Part shown: positions 14,801-26,002 of the stretch, piece after piece
Layout of the letters: every line of letters begins with the position of its first letter
Position numbering within the stretch: position 1 is the first letter of the stretch
Source: Tubiluchus corallicola
Taxonomy: Eukaryota > Animalia > Priapulida
Length of the DNA: 64,000 nucleotides
Direction: 5' to 3'
Assembly: GCA_030141605.1 (NCBI GenBank)
Contig: JAQGDQ010000871.1
Location: 1 to 64,000 of the forward strand
Position numbers and translations under genes: made by a program
The notes under the pieces: model-generated
Database searches by the model: none
Told to the model about the DNA's origin: nothing
What the model saw: the letters and a program-made list of their open reading frames with translations, nothing else

Positions 14801-17752
14801 GTCAACAGTATCATTGTATAAAACATGGAAAATTTAAACTCCCGCAATAACCGTTAAGGGCAGCCATTTCAACGATAGGATGTTTGAAACAAGTTTAGAT
14901 GACATTGTGTAAAGTTTAAAAATAATAATCACAACATTCGTAGTACAATCTTTTCTTACTAAGCAAAAGTATAAATTAGTTTATCTTGTCAATAAGATTA
15001 AAAACATTTTTTTGGTGAATCAGTAGTGCATACAGGTATGCAAGTCAGCGACATTTTATCAGTTGGCGAGAACATTTTATATTACTAAGAATTTTCTTTT
15101 CTAGTTTTATATGTCTTTCAAGCATGTAAGCATAATGATACATAATATAACTTTGTGTGGAAAGTTTTTTGGAACATGCTTTATAATGTGCCTTTTCAAC
15201 CACGTTAAGCTGTGCCAATTACTTACCACTGCTTGTTAGGATAAAACTTTCAACGGGGTGAACAGCTATAGATCGTACATAATCAGAATGTGCCTCAAAC
15301 AGATGAACACGTTCAAGAGTATTATAGTTGAACACTCTGATGTGCATGTCATCCTATATAGAAAGAAAACAGAAATGTGAAGTAATAAATAGTATTAAAG
15401 TAGTAACTGTGCTCTGCTTTCTCTGATGGCAAGAGTGGTTAGCAAAGCCACAATTCTTTGAATTCTTTATCCAAAGACTTGGCCTACGTAACTAATTTTC
15501 TCAAGAATGAAAAAATCAAGGATAACAATAGCTGTAAAATAACAATTACACTGAACCAGACCAATAAATATTGTACTCACCGAACCAGTGACAACCCAGT
15601 TTTTACGTGGGATAAATCTAGCAGCTCTGACTGGCAGGTCACAGACTTCAAATGTCTTGACAAGTTGCTAAAAAAGGAACAACAGCAAATGCTAAATGTA
15701 TGTAAGAAAACAAATAAGGAATAATGAAAAATAGTTATGTCTTTACGATAAAGTTATAAAGCCTTAACAAACTGCCGAAGTTATGCAAGTGTAAAATTTA
15801 TGTGAGGCCTAAATGTCAGCTAATGAAAATGGCCTGAACATCACTCGCAATGTGCAACAAAGTGAGCTCTTTTAAATTTCACTTTTGCTAAAAGGTCTCT
15901 GGCACAAATGCACTTTCGTGGAACTTAGCTTTTACACTTTATCAATTCTTGATGACAAAAGCTAGAACAAGGTAGCAAATAACAGAGTGCATAGACTCTC
16001 GCAACCACACTTGTATACTTTTTCCCTTTTAATGACGGAATTTCTCTGGGCATCCCTTTGCATACTGCGTATTTACTTTTTATAGTTGTGGGGCTCTGTA
16101 TGTATAAAAATATGTCAATTGCTGAGCACAGGTATTTCGTATCAAGCAGGAAATACTTTCTATACCCCGACTTATGCAGGTATAAGAGAACATGCTGACC
16201 TTATCTGATCACAGATTTTCTGCTAGGAATGTCTCAGTTCTTTACAAGTGGTAAAATAAATCTCAGTATGACCTGCTGATTAATGAAAGCACTGCAAATT
16301 TTCAAGCTAAACTTGCGCTTAACGATAGCTAGAGCCAAATACCTTAAACTGAATATTCTAAATTATACAAAATGGTACTGTGCTCTGAAAATTGATGTTG
16401 CCGACTGGTTGTTAAAATGACTAACCTGATGTTTTGTGGATTTTTTTTATAAATTTGAAAGAAAATGTTGTAAGATTGGAATTATGTTGTTATGGTTTGC
16501 AATTTAGGTTATGTTACCCTTGTATAAAATTTACTGCTAGATATTAATTGTGGTTTGTAATTTGGATTTTGAAATTGATTTAGGATCAGTTTGCATTATT
16601 GTTGTCATGTATGACAAGTTTACTAATTATTGTAACTAATAGTTGTTTAGGCACATCTATGATGGAAAATTCGATAATTTTTAGCCTCCAATACAATGAG
16701 CATCATACAAAATGGCAACCCTAGCCGAGAGTTAGCCTAGCTACCTAAGATTTTCTTACAAAAGGAAGTCAGTAGGGCGAGAACATTAACTTAAGAACAC
16801 TTAAAATAGTTGCAAATTTCCTGGATGCAAGTTTCTCCAAACAATTCAGTTATTAACATATCATTCTTGTAACAGATTTTCAGGTTCCCTAATGTATAAG
16901 ACGTATGACTGCTTCACACAATGAAGTAATGCACAAAGTTTAACTATAGGCTTTAAATTAAGTAACTACGCACAAGATTTTTGACATGTAGTTAAATTTT
17001 CATACTACAGTTAACAAAATATATAGTTAACCTCATAAAGATACTCACAGTGACAAAAGAACATTGGCTTATAACTATGACATCTGTTCTGCATGCATTA
17101 TATATATGGTAATGCAGCAAAATGTCAATGCGATCCTAGTAAAAGTCACTATGCAATATCTAAGAATTATACCTGCAAATCATGATTCCACACATGCACG
17201 TTTCCATTATACAAACTAGCAAGCATCCATGGCTCTGTCGGATGCAAATCCACAGACTTTACCCTGTCTGACCGAGCGGACAGCTTACGCTTGATATCCA
17301 ACCGCAGCGGCTAAATAAGAAAAACAGGAATTTCACTGGAACCTGACAGCAAGTGGAAAACATGTTTGCATTGTTTTGCTGTGAGTGAAGTTACTTTACA
17401 ATAACTTTATAGGAGAAACAGATAAATTAAACTGATGAAAGCTAAACCACACTAATTGTAAACTATCTTAGATACAATGAATTGATAATCGTGCAAAAAA
17501 TACAATACAATATCAAATTCGATACAACGATAAACATACATCATTATGATTAAATAATAATGAGGTAACTTAAATAATAACAAAAATAATGAGGTAACTT
17601 TTTATTAAATAAACGGGCTTAGCATCCCCTTATGAAATCAATGTCACTGCCTGGGAGTTAGATATGCGAAAGTGCACCGCAAAATTTTCCAAGAGATGTC
17701 ATAACAATAGCACACATGTTCCTTATGTCAAACATAAAAGTTAACATACCAT
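2832..17752 (-). CDS. COPB2: Coatomer subunit beta' (WD40), 5' part; 3' end lies beyond the window start
   Basis: Exons (minus): 17750-17752 (ATG only), 17173-17310, 15581-15667, 15227-15353, 14335-14483, 13030-13176, 11339-11438, 10678-10820, 9404-9603, 8470-8669, 6901-7007, 4604-4747, 2832-2962. All are GT-AG with consistent phases (1676 nt). Translation [29 protein letters not shown]...[29 protein letters not shown]...[22 protein letters not shown]...[19 protein letters not shown] is unmistakable beta'-COP. Confidence 0.97.
5220..5915 (+). mobile_element. L2/CR1-group LINE 3' fragment
   Basis: [18 protein letters not shown] and VKVAWN resemble the post-RT C-terminus of L2-type ORF2. Ends in AATAAA plus an (AAAAT)n tail. 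Confidence 0.6.
7780..8200. repeat. Dispersed ~400-bp element, copy 1 (COPB2 intron)
   Basis: Aligns by eye with 11570-12000 and 14750-15195 (shared TGTATAAA..AACTCC..GCA.TCATTTT..TTGAAA.AAG..TCTTTCAA..TAACTTTGT.TGGAAA blocks). Confidence 0.75.
8870..9310 (-). mobile_element. LINE reverse-transcriptase relic in a COPB2 intron
   Basis: Minus strand TGTGGAGTGCCACGGG..TTAGGTCCTATGCTTTTTTCCATATTC reads as GVPxG..LGPMLFSI; downstream [11 protein letters not shown] (cf. V..VKYLG). Confidence 0.55.
11570..12000. repeat. Dispersed ~400-bp element, copy 2
   Basis: Same blocks and orientation as 7780-8200. Confidence 0.75.
13605..13676. mobile_element. Single terminus of a hAT (Charlie-like) non-autonomous element
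   Basis: Ends ...CACGACCCGCAGTTTGGGAACCACTG, the reverse complement of the CAGTGGTTCCCAAAC terminus typical of Charlie-type hATs. The other end was not found. Confidence 0.55.
14750..15195. repeat. Dispersed ~400-bp element, copy 3
   Basis: Same blocks and orientation as 7780-8200. Confidence 0.75.
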
Positions 17753-17855
17753 TCTTTTAAAACTAAATCACTATTAGAGCCAGTTTCTGTACGCTTACTA
17801 CGTGGCTACAAACTCACACTTGTGCTGCGTTCGCGTATCGCACTGATATTTTCGC

Positions 17856-17872
17856 TGCCGCCATCTAGCGGA
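17856..17872 (-). promoter_or_regulatory. CTCF-like (overlapping YY1-like) motif in the COPB2 promoter region
   Basis: Minus strand reads TCCGCTAGATGGCGGCA, close to the CTCF core CCACYAGRKGGC and containing ATGGCGGC. It lies about 105-120 bp upstream of the COPB2 ATG in a locally CpG-rich patch. Confidence 0.5.
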
Positions 17873-20659
17873 GACGTTTAAGCCAGCAAAGCTATGGTTC
17901 GTCTAAAACAGTCACAGTGTCGAATTTGGCACACAACTAGTCCACTACGTTTCATAAGTCGATTAGTACAAATATGTGAACACGCCCAAACACACCGATA
18001 TTGCGTTGTGCAGTATTTTTATACGGAATATTATTGCGATTATCTGGGCTCGCTAATTGCTGAGGAAAACGAATTCCTAAGTCCACACAATATAAGAGGC
18101 AAGAATCTGTTACTGATGGGTGTTATCACTTTGCTTGCCAAAAAACAAACCTTCTGCATTGTGATATCTGTATACTTTGAAACAGTTGTAGCTTGTTCAT
18201 CAGTCTCACAAGTTCATCACTGACACACTCAATATTCTTTTTGAGTATACTATATAAAGTGATCAGTTACACTTTTCATTCAAATATTGTTAATCGACTT
18301 TTATACAGTTCAGCAATCTGTAACAAAGGATTACAATATGCACTCACTGGCAAGATTACCTAGCCCAGATGGTTGTAACAAAACTGGAAAGCCCTTTTAC
18401 TGTGAAAGACAATCTTCTAAGCAAAGCTTTTGTTAGAATTAATCATTGTCTCTTGTTTCAGAAATTAGAACGCGTGGATTTGCCGACTGTGCTTAAATTT
18501 TGGTATGCCACGCCCTGAGTTTTTCTAAAGTATTAGTTGAGTTGCGTACAATGTACAATGTAGAAGTACATCATTCCCGACTGTTAGTACTTGTTTTGAA
18601 TCACACACTTTTTAACCTTTTAACCCCTTGAGGATGAGTTGAAATCAGTTTCTCAAATAATAAGATAAACTCTTCAGTTAGAATGAGCCACAGACTCCTT
18701 TACATCCAGGTCGGGTGTACTAAAAGAATACAAAATATAAACAAACATAAAAACGGTATAAATAAACATGGAAAATGATATAAATAAACATAAAAAAGAA
18801 CAGTAATAGAAATGAAACGAATAATCTCCAAGAGTATTTCTCCAAATGAGTTGAAATTCTGTGTTGACTAAATACAATGTGCTTGGTTCAAGGCAAAAAT
18901 TTGTAGTTTGTCTAGTTTTCTCTTTGAGTATTTGATTTTTCATTCGTTCAATCTCTAGTAAACGTCACTGACTGTTAATTTAATCTGTTTTCTTTATTTT
19001 TTGCTGGTGTGTTATTTGTTTGTATGCGATGGTGGCTCAATAAAGAAAACTACATATACTACTGTTGAAGTTGTTATTATTCGGAAAAGATGAATTTAAC
19101 TATGTTACTAACTGTAAAATATTCCAATGTATACCTTAATGTATGACTTTATATTACGTACTAAACGCTTCCAGTAGTTTCTATCTGATATAAAATGCAT
19201 CATTCTTAAATAATCGTACATTAATATTTACTAACCGTCATTTTCTACTAATGTCTAATGTATCACTGTAGTAAAACTTTAGTATATACTAAAGTATACT
19301 AAAAACTAAGTATAGTCTATTCTTACTGTAAATGTTCTTGTAAATAGTGTATAAAGTCTGTTGAGGTGAGGATCCTAAATCATGTTGTACAAACTGTCTG
19401 ATCCAGTCCTAAATAAATTATGTTTAAACTAACTACATATACGCTCAGACAGTTCAACTCACCATACTCGATTGGCTGCCTGGCATGTGATTACGAATGC
19501 ATACTTAAACACGAAGGGCTAAGTGATTCTGTAAATTCATGTCCTCTCATGGCTTTCCGGGCCCTTGACCAATGTTTTACTTTACCGGTCCTTGTACACA
19601 CATGCCCGTGTAAGTATAATATTAGTGTAATATAGTCAAAAACATATACCTAAAAATGTTTCGGCTTTCAGTATTTTACATGACGTAACTATGGTTTCTG
19701 GTGTTCGCTAAAACAGCAAGATAGAAACAGAACAGTTAATATTAACACTGTAAATAAAGAGTAACTTTAAAAAAGCGCAGGAAATAAGAAAAAGGACACA
19801 AATTGAAAAACATGAGAAAATGACACATGAAGGGCTTTTGTCATATTTACTTTTATTCTATGCAGAATTTTTTTCTCTATTATCTATATAATTTTACCTT
19901 CAGTCATAATTTTTGTTTTCTTGCAAAAAGAAGTCAGCAGGCTCCTATCATTCAAACTTTTTGGATATTAAATTTAGTAATAGTATAACAAATAGTTGAA
20001 AAACAAAGTGTTAGTGTTAGTAATGGACTATAGTGTTTTACAGTGTCACAGTATATAGCTACTATTTAAAACCGTATACATGTATTGCATGTACACATGC
20101 AATAGACAATAAACATTGCTGTATAATAAAACCCATTGCCGCGCAATAAGAACAATTACAAGTTCCTACATACCGAAAATGAAGAAAAATGGCTAAAACG
20201 TAAAATACTTTATAAAAGTTTCTAAATCATTATTAAAAATTTAAAGTTGCTTCGCATCAGCATGGGTGTGATATAGTCGTATTTATTATGTACCAGCCTC
20301 CGGATATGAATAACTTGAAATTTACAGGTAATCAGATTGTCCATACAAAATACCGCTGGGGTGGTCTAGCAGAGAAAAAATGTCATTATAAACAAAAATG
20401 TTCGTACTTTACAATTTTCAGACTCCTTTTGATAAGTAGTGTCAGACAATGTGGAGCAACAAGAAATAAGTAGATTTCCTGTCATGTGTAAGTTAAGAAC
20501 TACGTGAAGTGTGAAGTGGTTCAGAGCACCGCCTTGAAAATGCAGCAATATCAGAATTCCACAGCCAAAATTCATAAAGCAAACCAGTTTTCATAAAGCT
20601 ATGTGCTGACATTTTCTTCTTGATCTTGCTGAAAGGAACACCTGAATCCCTGGAATACT

Positions 20660-21600
20660 AGAATCTCAAAGGTTATACTACAATATACTACCGGCTTCTG
20701 CTGCGTCCAATTCTAGCTTAGATATGGTTTGACCGTGTACTAACTGCACCAGCCCTAGTTCAACCAATCCTAGCCTGCAATCAGGAATTTCAATGTAGAA
20801 ACGTTGTTCAACATTATCAGCATGTCATACGAAGCCAAAAAATGGCAGCGGCCTTAGCTGATTCGAAAGACAGAGATTTCTGGTCTGAAACTAAAAAACT
20901 AAAGATAAGTGTTGTGCCAAGTCTATTTATGGCAAGCTCAACAATAAAGAAATCGCTGATGATTTTGTTAATGCCTATAATACGTTATTTAATAGTGTTG
21001 GAACCTAGAAAGCCAACATTAACGCTCTTCACAATAGGCTGCGTCAAAGCAGTAAAGACGATATGACTTATATAGGTGTAGATGAAATGATTAAAGCAAT
21101 TAAAATGTTTAGAAAGGGAAAAGCGACGATTTGCTTGGGCTAGATAATGACCACATTATTAACGGTTGGCATATGCTTTTTGTCCTTTTAACTCTTTTGT
21201 TTAATGCTATGTTTACGCATGGCTACTGCCCTCAAGAATCCTCACTCTAGCCTTATTACAAAAAGTAATTACAGAGCCATATCATTTACTTCATGTCTGA
21301 TTAAAATTCTTGCTAAACAGGTTTCATTTATTGCTGTCTAGTTCTGAATTGCAGTTTGGTTACATAAAAAAATCCTCCACTGATATTTGTACGTTACTAC
21401 TCAAGGATACTGTTAAATAGTTCATGAAGAAAGATACGCCTGTGTATTCCATTTATAAACAATCCCTTAGCATTCATTCCTGATACCACTTTAAACAACA
21501 GAACACACAATTTAAAGCAAATGACAGTAAACAATAAATTTGGAAATAACTCTATATCAAAACAGGCCATACATTTATGGAACTTACTACGCAGTGAAAT
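20660..21600 (+). mobile_element. Degenerate LINE ORF2 fragment
   Basis: RDFWSETKK, NYRAISF (NYRPISL), LQFGY.KKSST (QFGF..ST), with stops and frameshifts. Confidence 0.65.
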
Positions 21601-21611
21601 AAAACAAATAT

Positions 21612-21860
21612 ATACATGAGTAGATTATGAGCCAAGCCTGACACTATGATTATGATGTTTCTATGAGGTTATGCATATGAGTAGAATGTGAGCTCAGTTT
21701 GACATCATGATTTTGACTGCCATACGACCTCATGCTTACGATCCCATCCTTATGAGTAGCCTATGACATCACGATGATATCAGAACTTCATCATTTTCAT
21801 GACCTCATGCTTATGAGTCAAAAATGAGCATTTTATGACCTCATGTTGAGCTCATGTCTT
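21612..21860. repeat. Degenerate tandem repeat (ATGACCTCATGCTTATGAGT-like)
   Basis: Recurring ATGAGT / ATGACCTCATG / GACA.CATGAT units, followed by a GC-rich MITE-like end (CTTCGTGCGCCTATG at about 21908-21922). Confidence 0.55.
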
Positions 21861-22559
21861 GACGGGGTCGTTTGCCCTAGGAAGGCACCGCCCCCCTGAC
21901 CTCCCCGCTTCGTGCGCCTATGTCTACAAATATCGTAATCAATGCTGTTGTTAAAACCAACAAGTGACAAGTTGCTTATACCAGCAGTTAATTTCGAATG
22001 TACCGCCCAACGTATCTTTCTTAATTGGTAAATTCACAACTGATCAGGAATCAATGTCTGCCAGCTATGCACATTAGACAAGAAATAATACTCCGCAATA
22101 TTTCCTAATAAAATCAAAAGTTTGGACCCGAAAGCGAAAAAACGAAGTTTTGTTCAATGCTAAATTATTTGTGTTATCATCAAATAACAAATGTTTACAC
22201 ACAGACTAAGTAAACACATCGTTTGTTTTTGTTTTAGACAAGTAAGCTGAATAAATCAGGTGCTTAGATAGTGACTAGTCAGAATTTCGCACTGAGTGAT
22301 GAGCTTAAATTTTGAATGTCCAATAAAGATGATTATTTTTTGAATATTGAAATCTTAAATTACGAAATTCCAAAACAGAAATATTAGCTCTGAATATAAG
22401 CAGCTCTTGCCCTGAAAATGCTAAATTCGTGTCGCTTTTCAACTAGCCAGTGACGGTAGAGACGACAAAGACGGTGGCGCAGGAACGTCGCCTTTTTTGA
22501 ATCAGAAGCAGCAATTTAACTTGAAACTTTTCCTTGTGTAGCTACATTGTCAAAAAAAC

Positions 22560-23005
22560 ATCTTTATCAGTCATTGTACTTCTTTCTACTGCTCAAAACT
22601 TTGGTACAAGTATCATATGTATCAGTAGTCTTAAAAATTTGAAACTCTCGAATAACAAAGGTATACGTATATTATTTAGCCAATCATATGATTGCTCTGC
22701 TAGAAGTATGTGTGTAAATGTTGACATACCATATTTTGACATTTTATTACATAAACTACTTATTCTCTTATGAGTAGAGTTTTAATTTCTAGCAATGTAT
22801 ATGTGAGTGGTGTTGTAAATAGTGACTGTCTGTTTTGTTCAAAGCTATATAGCAAATGGTTAAATTTACTATTTGTAAATTCTATGTAAATAGTAATTGT
22901 GTTATTGAAATTTTTTGTAATTATTGTATTGTATTACATGTATATTGTATTGTATACTAACTGTTGTTATATGAGCAATGCTTGCAATAAAAACTGTACT
23001 TACTT
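22560..23005 (+). mobile_element. L2-type LINE 3' end
   Basis: LKLSNNKGIRILF..YDCSARSMCVNVDIPYFDILLHKL resembles an L2-group ORF2 C-terminus, followed by a T/G-rich UTR, AATAAA and a (TACT)n tail. Confidence 0.55.
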
Positions 23006-23754
23006 ACTTAAAGAAAGGAAGGTTCTGTTTAACATATTTTTGTCAAATTCTTTTGCCTCACTTACTTTCATTGGTTTTGAGATACTTTATTGTCAACCAC
23101 ATTTTCCCCAAGTATTTGTATCTCCTTCAAGAAAGTCACACAATTATTAGCAATTATTTGTTTTTTACTTTTATCAAAGATTTGTTTTGGAAAGCCTGCA
23201 TAAAACAGAGACACTTGGCGTTTTAAAACCAGGAATCGAACAAACAAAAAACATTTTATAAATGAATATACTTAGAATTTGTCTATTGACGCATTACATC
23301 TTCAACACGTTTTAGTTGCATTTTTGACAGAAGCGATAAAACAAGTTTTTCTTCTGACTGAAACGTTTAAGAAATATTTTCTTCGCTAGGAGATCTCAAA
23401 TCGGATCGTGTCCCAACAAATGTAAAACGAAGTCGTACTGAACGCTAACAATTATTAACACATAAAATACATTAACGCATCTAGGTGTACGAAACTAATC
23501 AACAGGAATAATTCACCTTCGTTTTTCAGAAGCAACATGCTTTTGACGTTGAGAAAAAAATATTTCTCTGTTAAACAGCTTTTCAAAGTTTCAAAATATT
23601 CCTGTGGGAATCTGTCACTTTAAAATAAAATATTTTTTTATTTTTTTTCGAAATTCATCTAAACCCACTGAATAACATTAACTTATATATAATGCTCTAT
23701 ACATCGTTCAATATTTTCTGAGTGTAAAAATACTTTTGTTCGTATGTTAAATTT

Positions 23755-25128
23755 TTACTCTGGGATGTGTGGTGTGGACTGGTGTGCTTCACTGCCAACT
23801 CCTTCAGGTCGCACTGTATTCGGCTCATTGGTACCCGACTTTAGTTGAGATCCTGTGGTGCCCTGGCTAGGCGAGACCACATTTCTTCCGAAGAACCTAC
23901 CAAAAACCTCTCTAAAACATGTTCGATATTCTGAGCTGACTAAGCAGTATAGATACATGTTAAAAGCGTGATTCATAAAAGCAAGGAAACTGGCAACAGG
24001 ACGTATGGATAGATAGACCTGGTTGGTGATACTGCGGTTAGTGATTCGCTGTATAATGCTGAAGATAGTATTTGGCAGTGTTAGAATAACGTACGACGTT
24101 GAGACAGTAACAAGGAATACGAAGAGACGGCGCAGTTGTTTCGCGTCTTCCACCTGCTTACGCGTGGGTCTTACGAAGGTGTTTTTCCGAAATTCCACCT
24201 GCCGCCTGTGAGCCCTGATGACCAACGGATTCAATGAGATGACAACAGCCGTGGGAATTATCTGTCCGAAGAAAGCTCGAATCCAAGAGTAAAAGTACTT
24301 GAATGCCGGATGGCTTGAAACAGCCTTGTTTGACGAAGCTTTGTATCTCACACTCGATGTTAATTCATCCACTTGTTTCTTCACCGTTTTAGAAAAGAAT
24401 TCTGGCAAAATAAGCAGGAACGTAAAGCAGAAAACCAGCAGGACAACAACTCTGACGAACGACCTTTTCCGTAAAATGCTGACCTTGTATGGATGACAAA
24501 CTGCAAAGTACCGATCGATAGTTAAGCCCACCGTCATGTAGTTGCTGGCGAATTTAGACCAATTGTACAAAGAATTGTAGCACTTCGCGAGGTACCTAGC
24601 AGCATGTATGGAACCAGTGTTATAGTGATATATTACCAAGCCATAAGTTAAATAGATATGAACAGCGACAAAATCCGCAATAGACATCCACCGTAGATAA
24701 GTGTAAGACACCTCATGCAAGCGTTTGCTTTTCCAGAAAACAACAATATTTATCAGATTTCCAACAAAACCGAATACATAGACCGCAGGGGTGACATGAG
24801 CCCAGACGTGAAATCTGACAATGTCTGACATAAGTACATTTTCTTTTGACGTAGATTCATTACCATTGCATTCGTCCGTAATACATTGATGCTCGTTCTT
24901 TTCAGAACTGTATGTCAAAGTAGCATTGAGAGCGAGATTAAACTGCTCTCCGCTGTAATATATTTGGTCCGTTTGTTCTATTAAATCTTCTACATTGTTA
25001 CCATTCTGATTGCTGTATTTACTCTCGTTGGCACGTGTGTGAGACTTTTTCTCGGGGTACTGTCTCTGCAGTTCAACACTAGATATTAGCAAGTTTATCA
25101 CGAAGAAAACCGACGCTCTGACATTCAT
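23755..25128 (-). CDS. Rhodopsin-family GPCR, FMRFamide/sex-peptide-receptor-like, single coding exon (457 aa)
   Basis: Signal-peptide-like MNVRASVFFVINLLISS, glycosylatable N-terminus, seven hydrophobic segments. TM1 GFVGNLIN, TM2 YLRWMSIAD, TM3 LTIDRYFAVCHP, TM7 NHAFNMYLYC (NxxLY type seen in invertebrate peptide receptors). First in-frame ATG is at 25128. Confidence 0.92.
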   Translation of the reverse strand: MNVRASVFFVINLLISSVELQRQYPEKKSHTRANESKYSNQNGNNVEDLIEQTDQIYYSGEQFNLALNATLTYSSEKNEHQCITDECNGNESTSKENVLMSDIVRFHVWAHVTPAVYVFGFVGNLINIVVFWKSKRLHEVSYTYLRWMSIADFVAVHIYLTYGLVIYHYNTGSIHAARYLAKCYNSLYNWSKFASNYMTVGLTIDRYFAVCHPYKVSILRKRSFVRVVVLLVFCFTFLLILPEFFSKTVKKQVDELTSSVRYKASSNKAVSSHPAFKYFYSWIRAFFGQIIPTAVVISLNPLVIRAHRRQVEFRKNTFVRPTRKQVEDAKQLRRLFVFLVTVSTSYVILTLPNTIFSIIQRITNRSITNQVYLSIRPVASFLAFMNHAFNMYLYCLVSSEYRTCFREVFGRFFGRNVVSPSQGTTGSQLKSGTNEPNTVRPEGVGSEAHQSTPHIPE

Positions 25129-25734
25129 TCTGCTTGAAATTTGCAAAATTCATACCGTGTTACCGTGTGCAAACTTCTGCGTTTGATTAGTAAGTCGGTT
25201 GCTAAAACAAATTCAGGCTTCACACAGTGCGCACATTGTCACACGCATCAAGGCCAGTCATTATCTGCTGGACATAGCAAGATATTGTTTTGTAATTATT
25301 TTATCGCCTCATTTTGAAGTTGGCTCTATTTTAAGCTGTTAGTGTTTCTCGCAAAGATAGAGTTAAAAAAGTAATTAAGTAATCAGACGCCTTTGGTTTC
25401 AAGAACGTAATTATGTACATCCAGGAAATGTAAACTCTCCTACGTAATTTATGTTGAATTTCTCTTTTCATCATTTGCATTCAGACAATATTTATTATTA
25501 GATGGTCCATTTGCATTTAAATAAATATATGCGCGTGTGCGCGAGTGTATGCGCGCGTGCGTGCGAAGGCGCGACTAATCGTTCTCCGATTCCACTGAAA
25601 ATATTTTGAAATTTGATAAGAGAAGATCCTTTTCTATGGGAAAACATCTCTTCGTGTACCTCATTTAACGACGTGCAACGAGTTAAACGGCCAACAGCAA
25701 CCATGAAAAGAATAGCTGAAAACTGCCTTCACAA

Positions 25735-25909
25735 TCAATCTTGTGCTTGTGAATACCATTGTCTTGTGACAGGTGGCAGCAGTAACCCCAAAAAGGCTGA
25801 AGCGACCATGCTGAAGCCCATTGTAGTATACGGCATTGTGGTATTTTCTTTCACGTCGTATGTAATACCTAAACATAAACTTAGAATTAATACTTTAGCT
25901 AAAGTGTTC

Positions 25910-26002
<93 letters not shown>

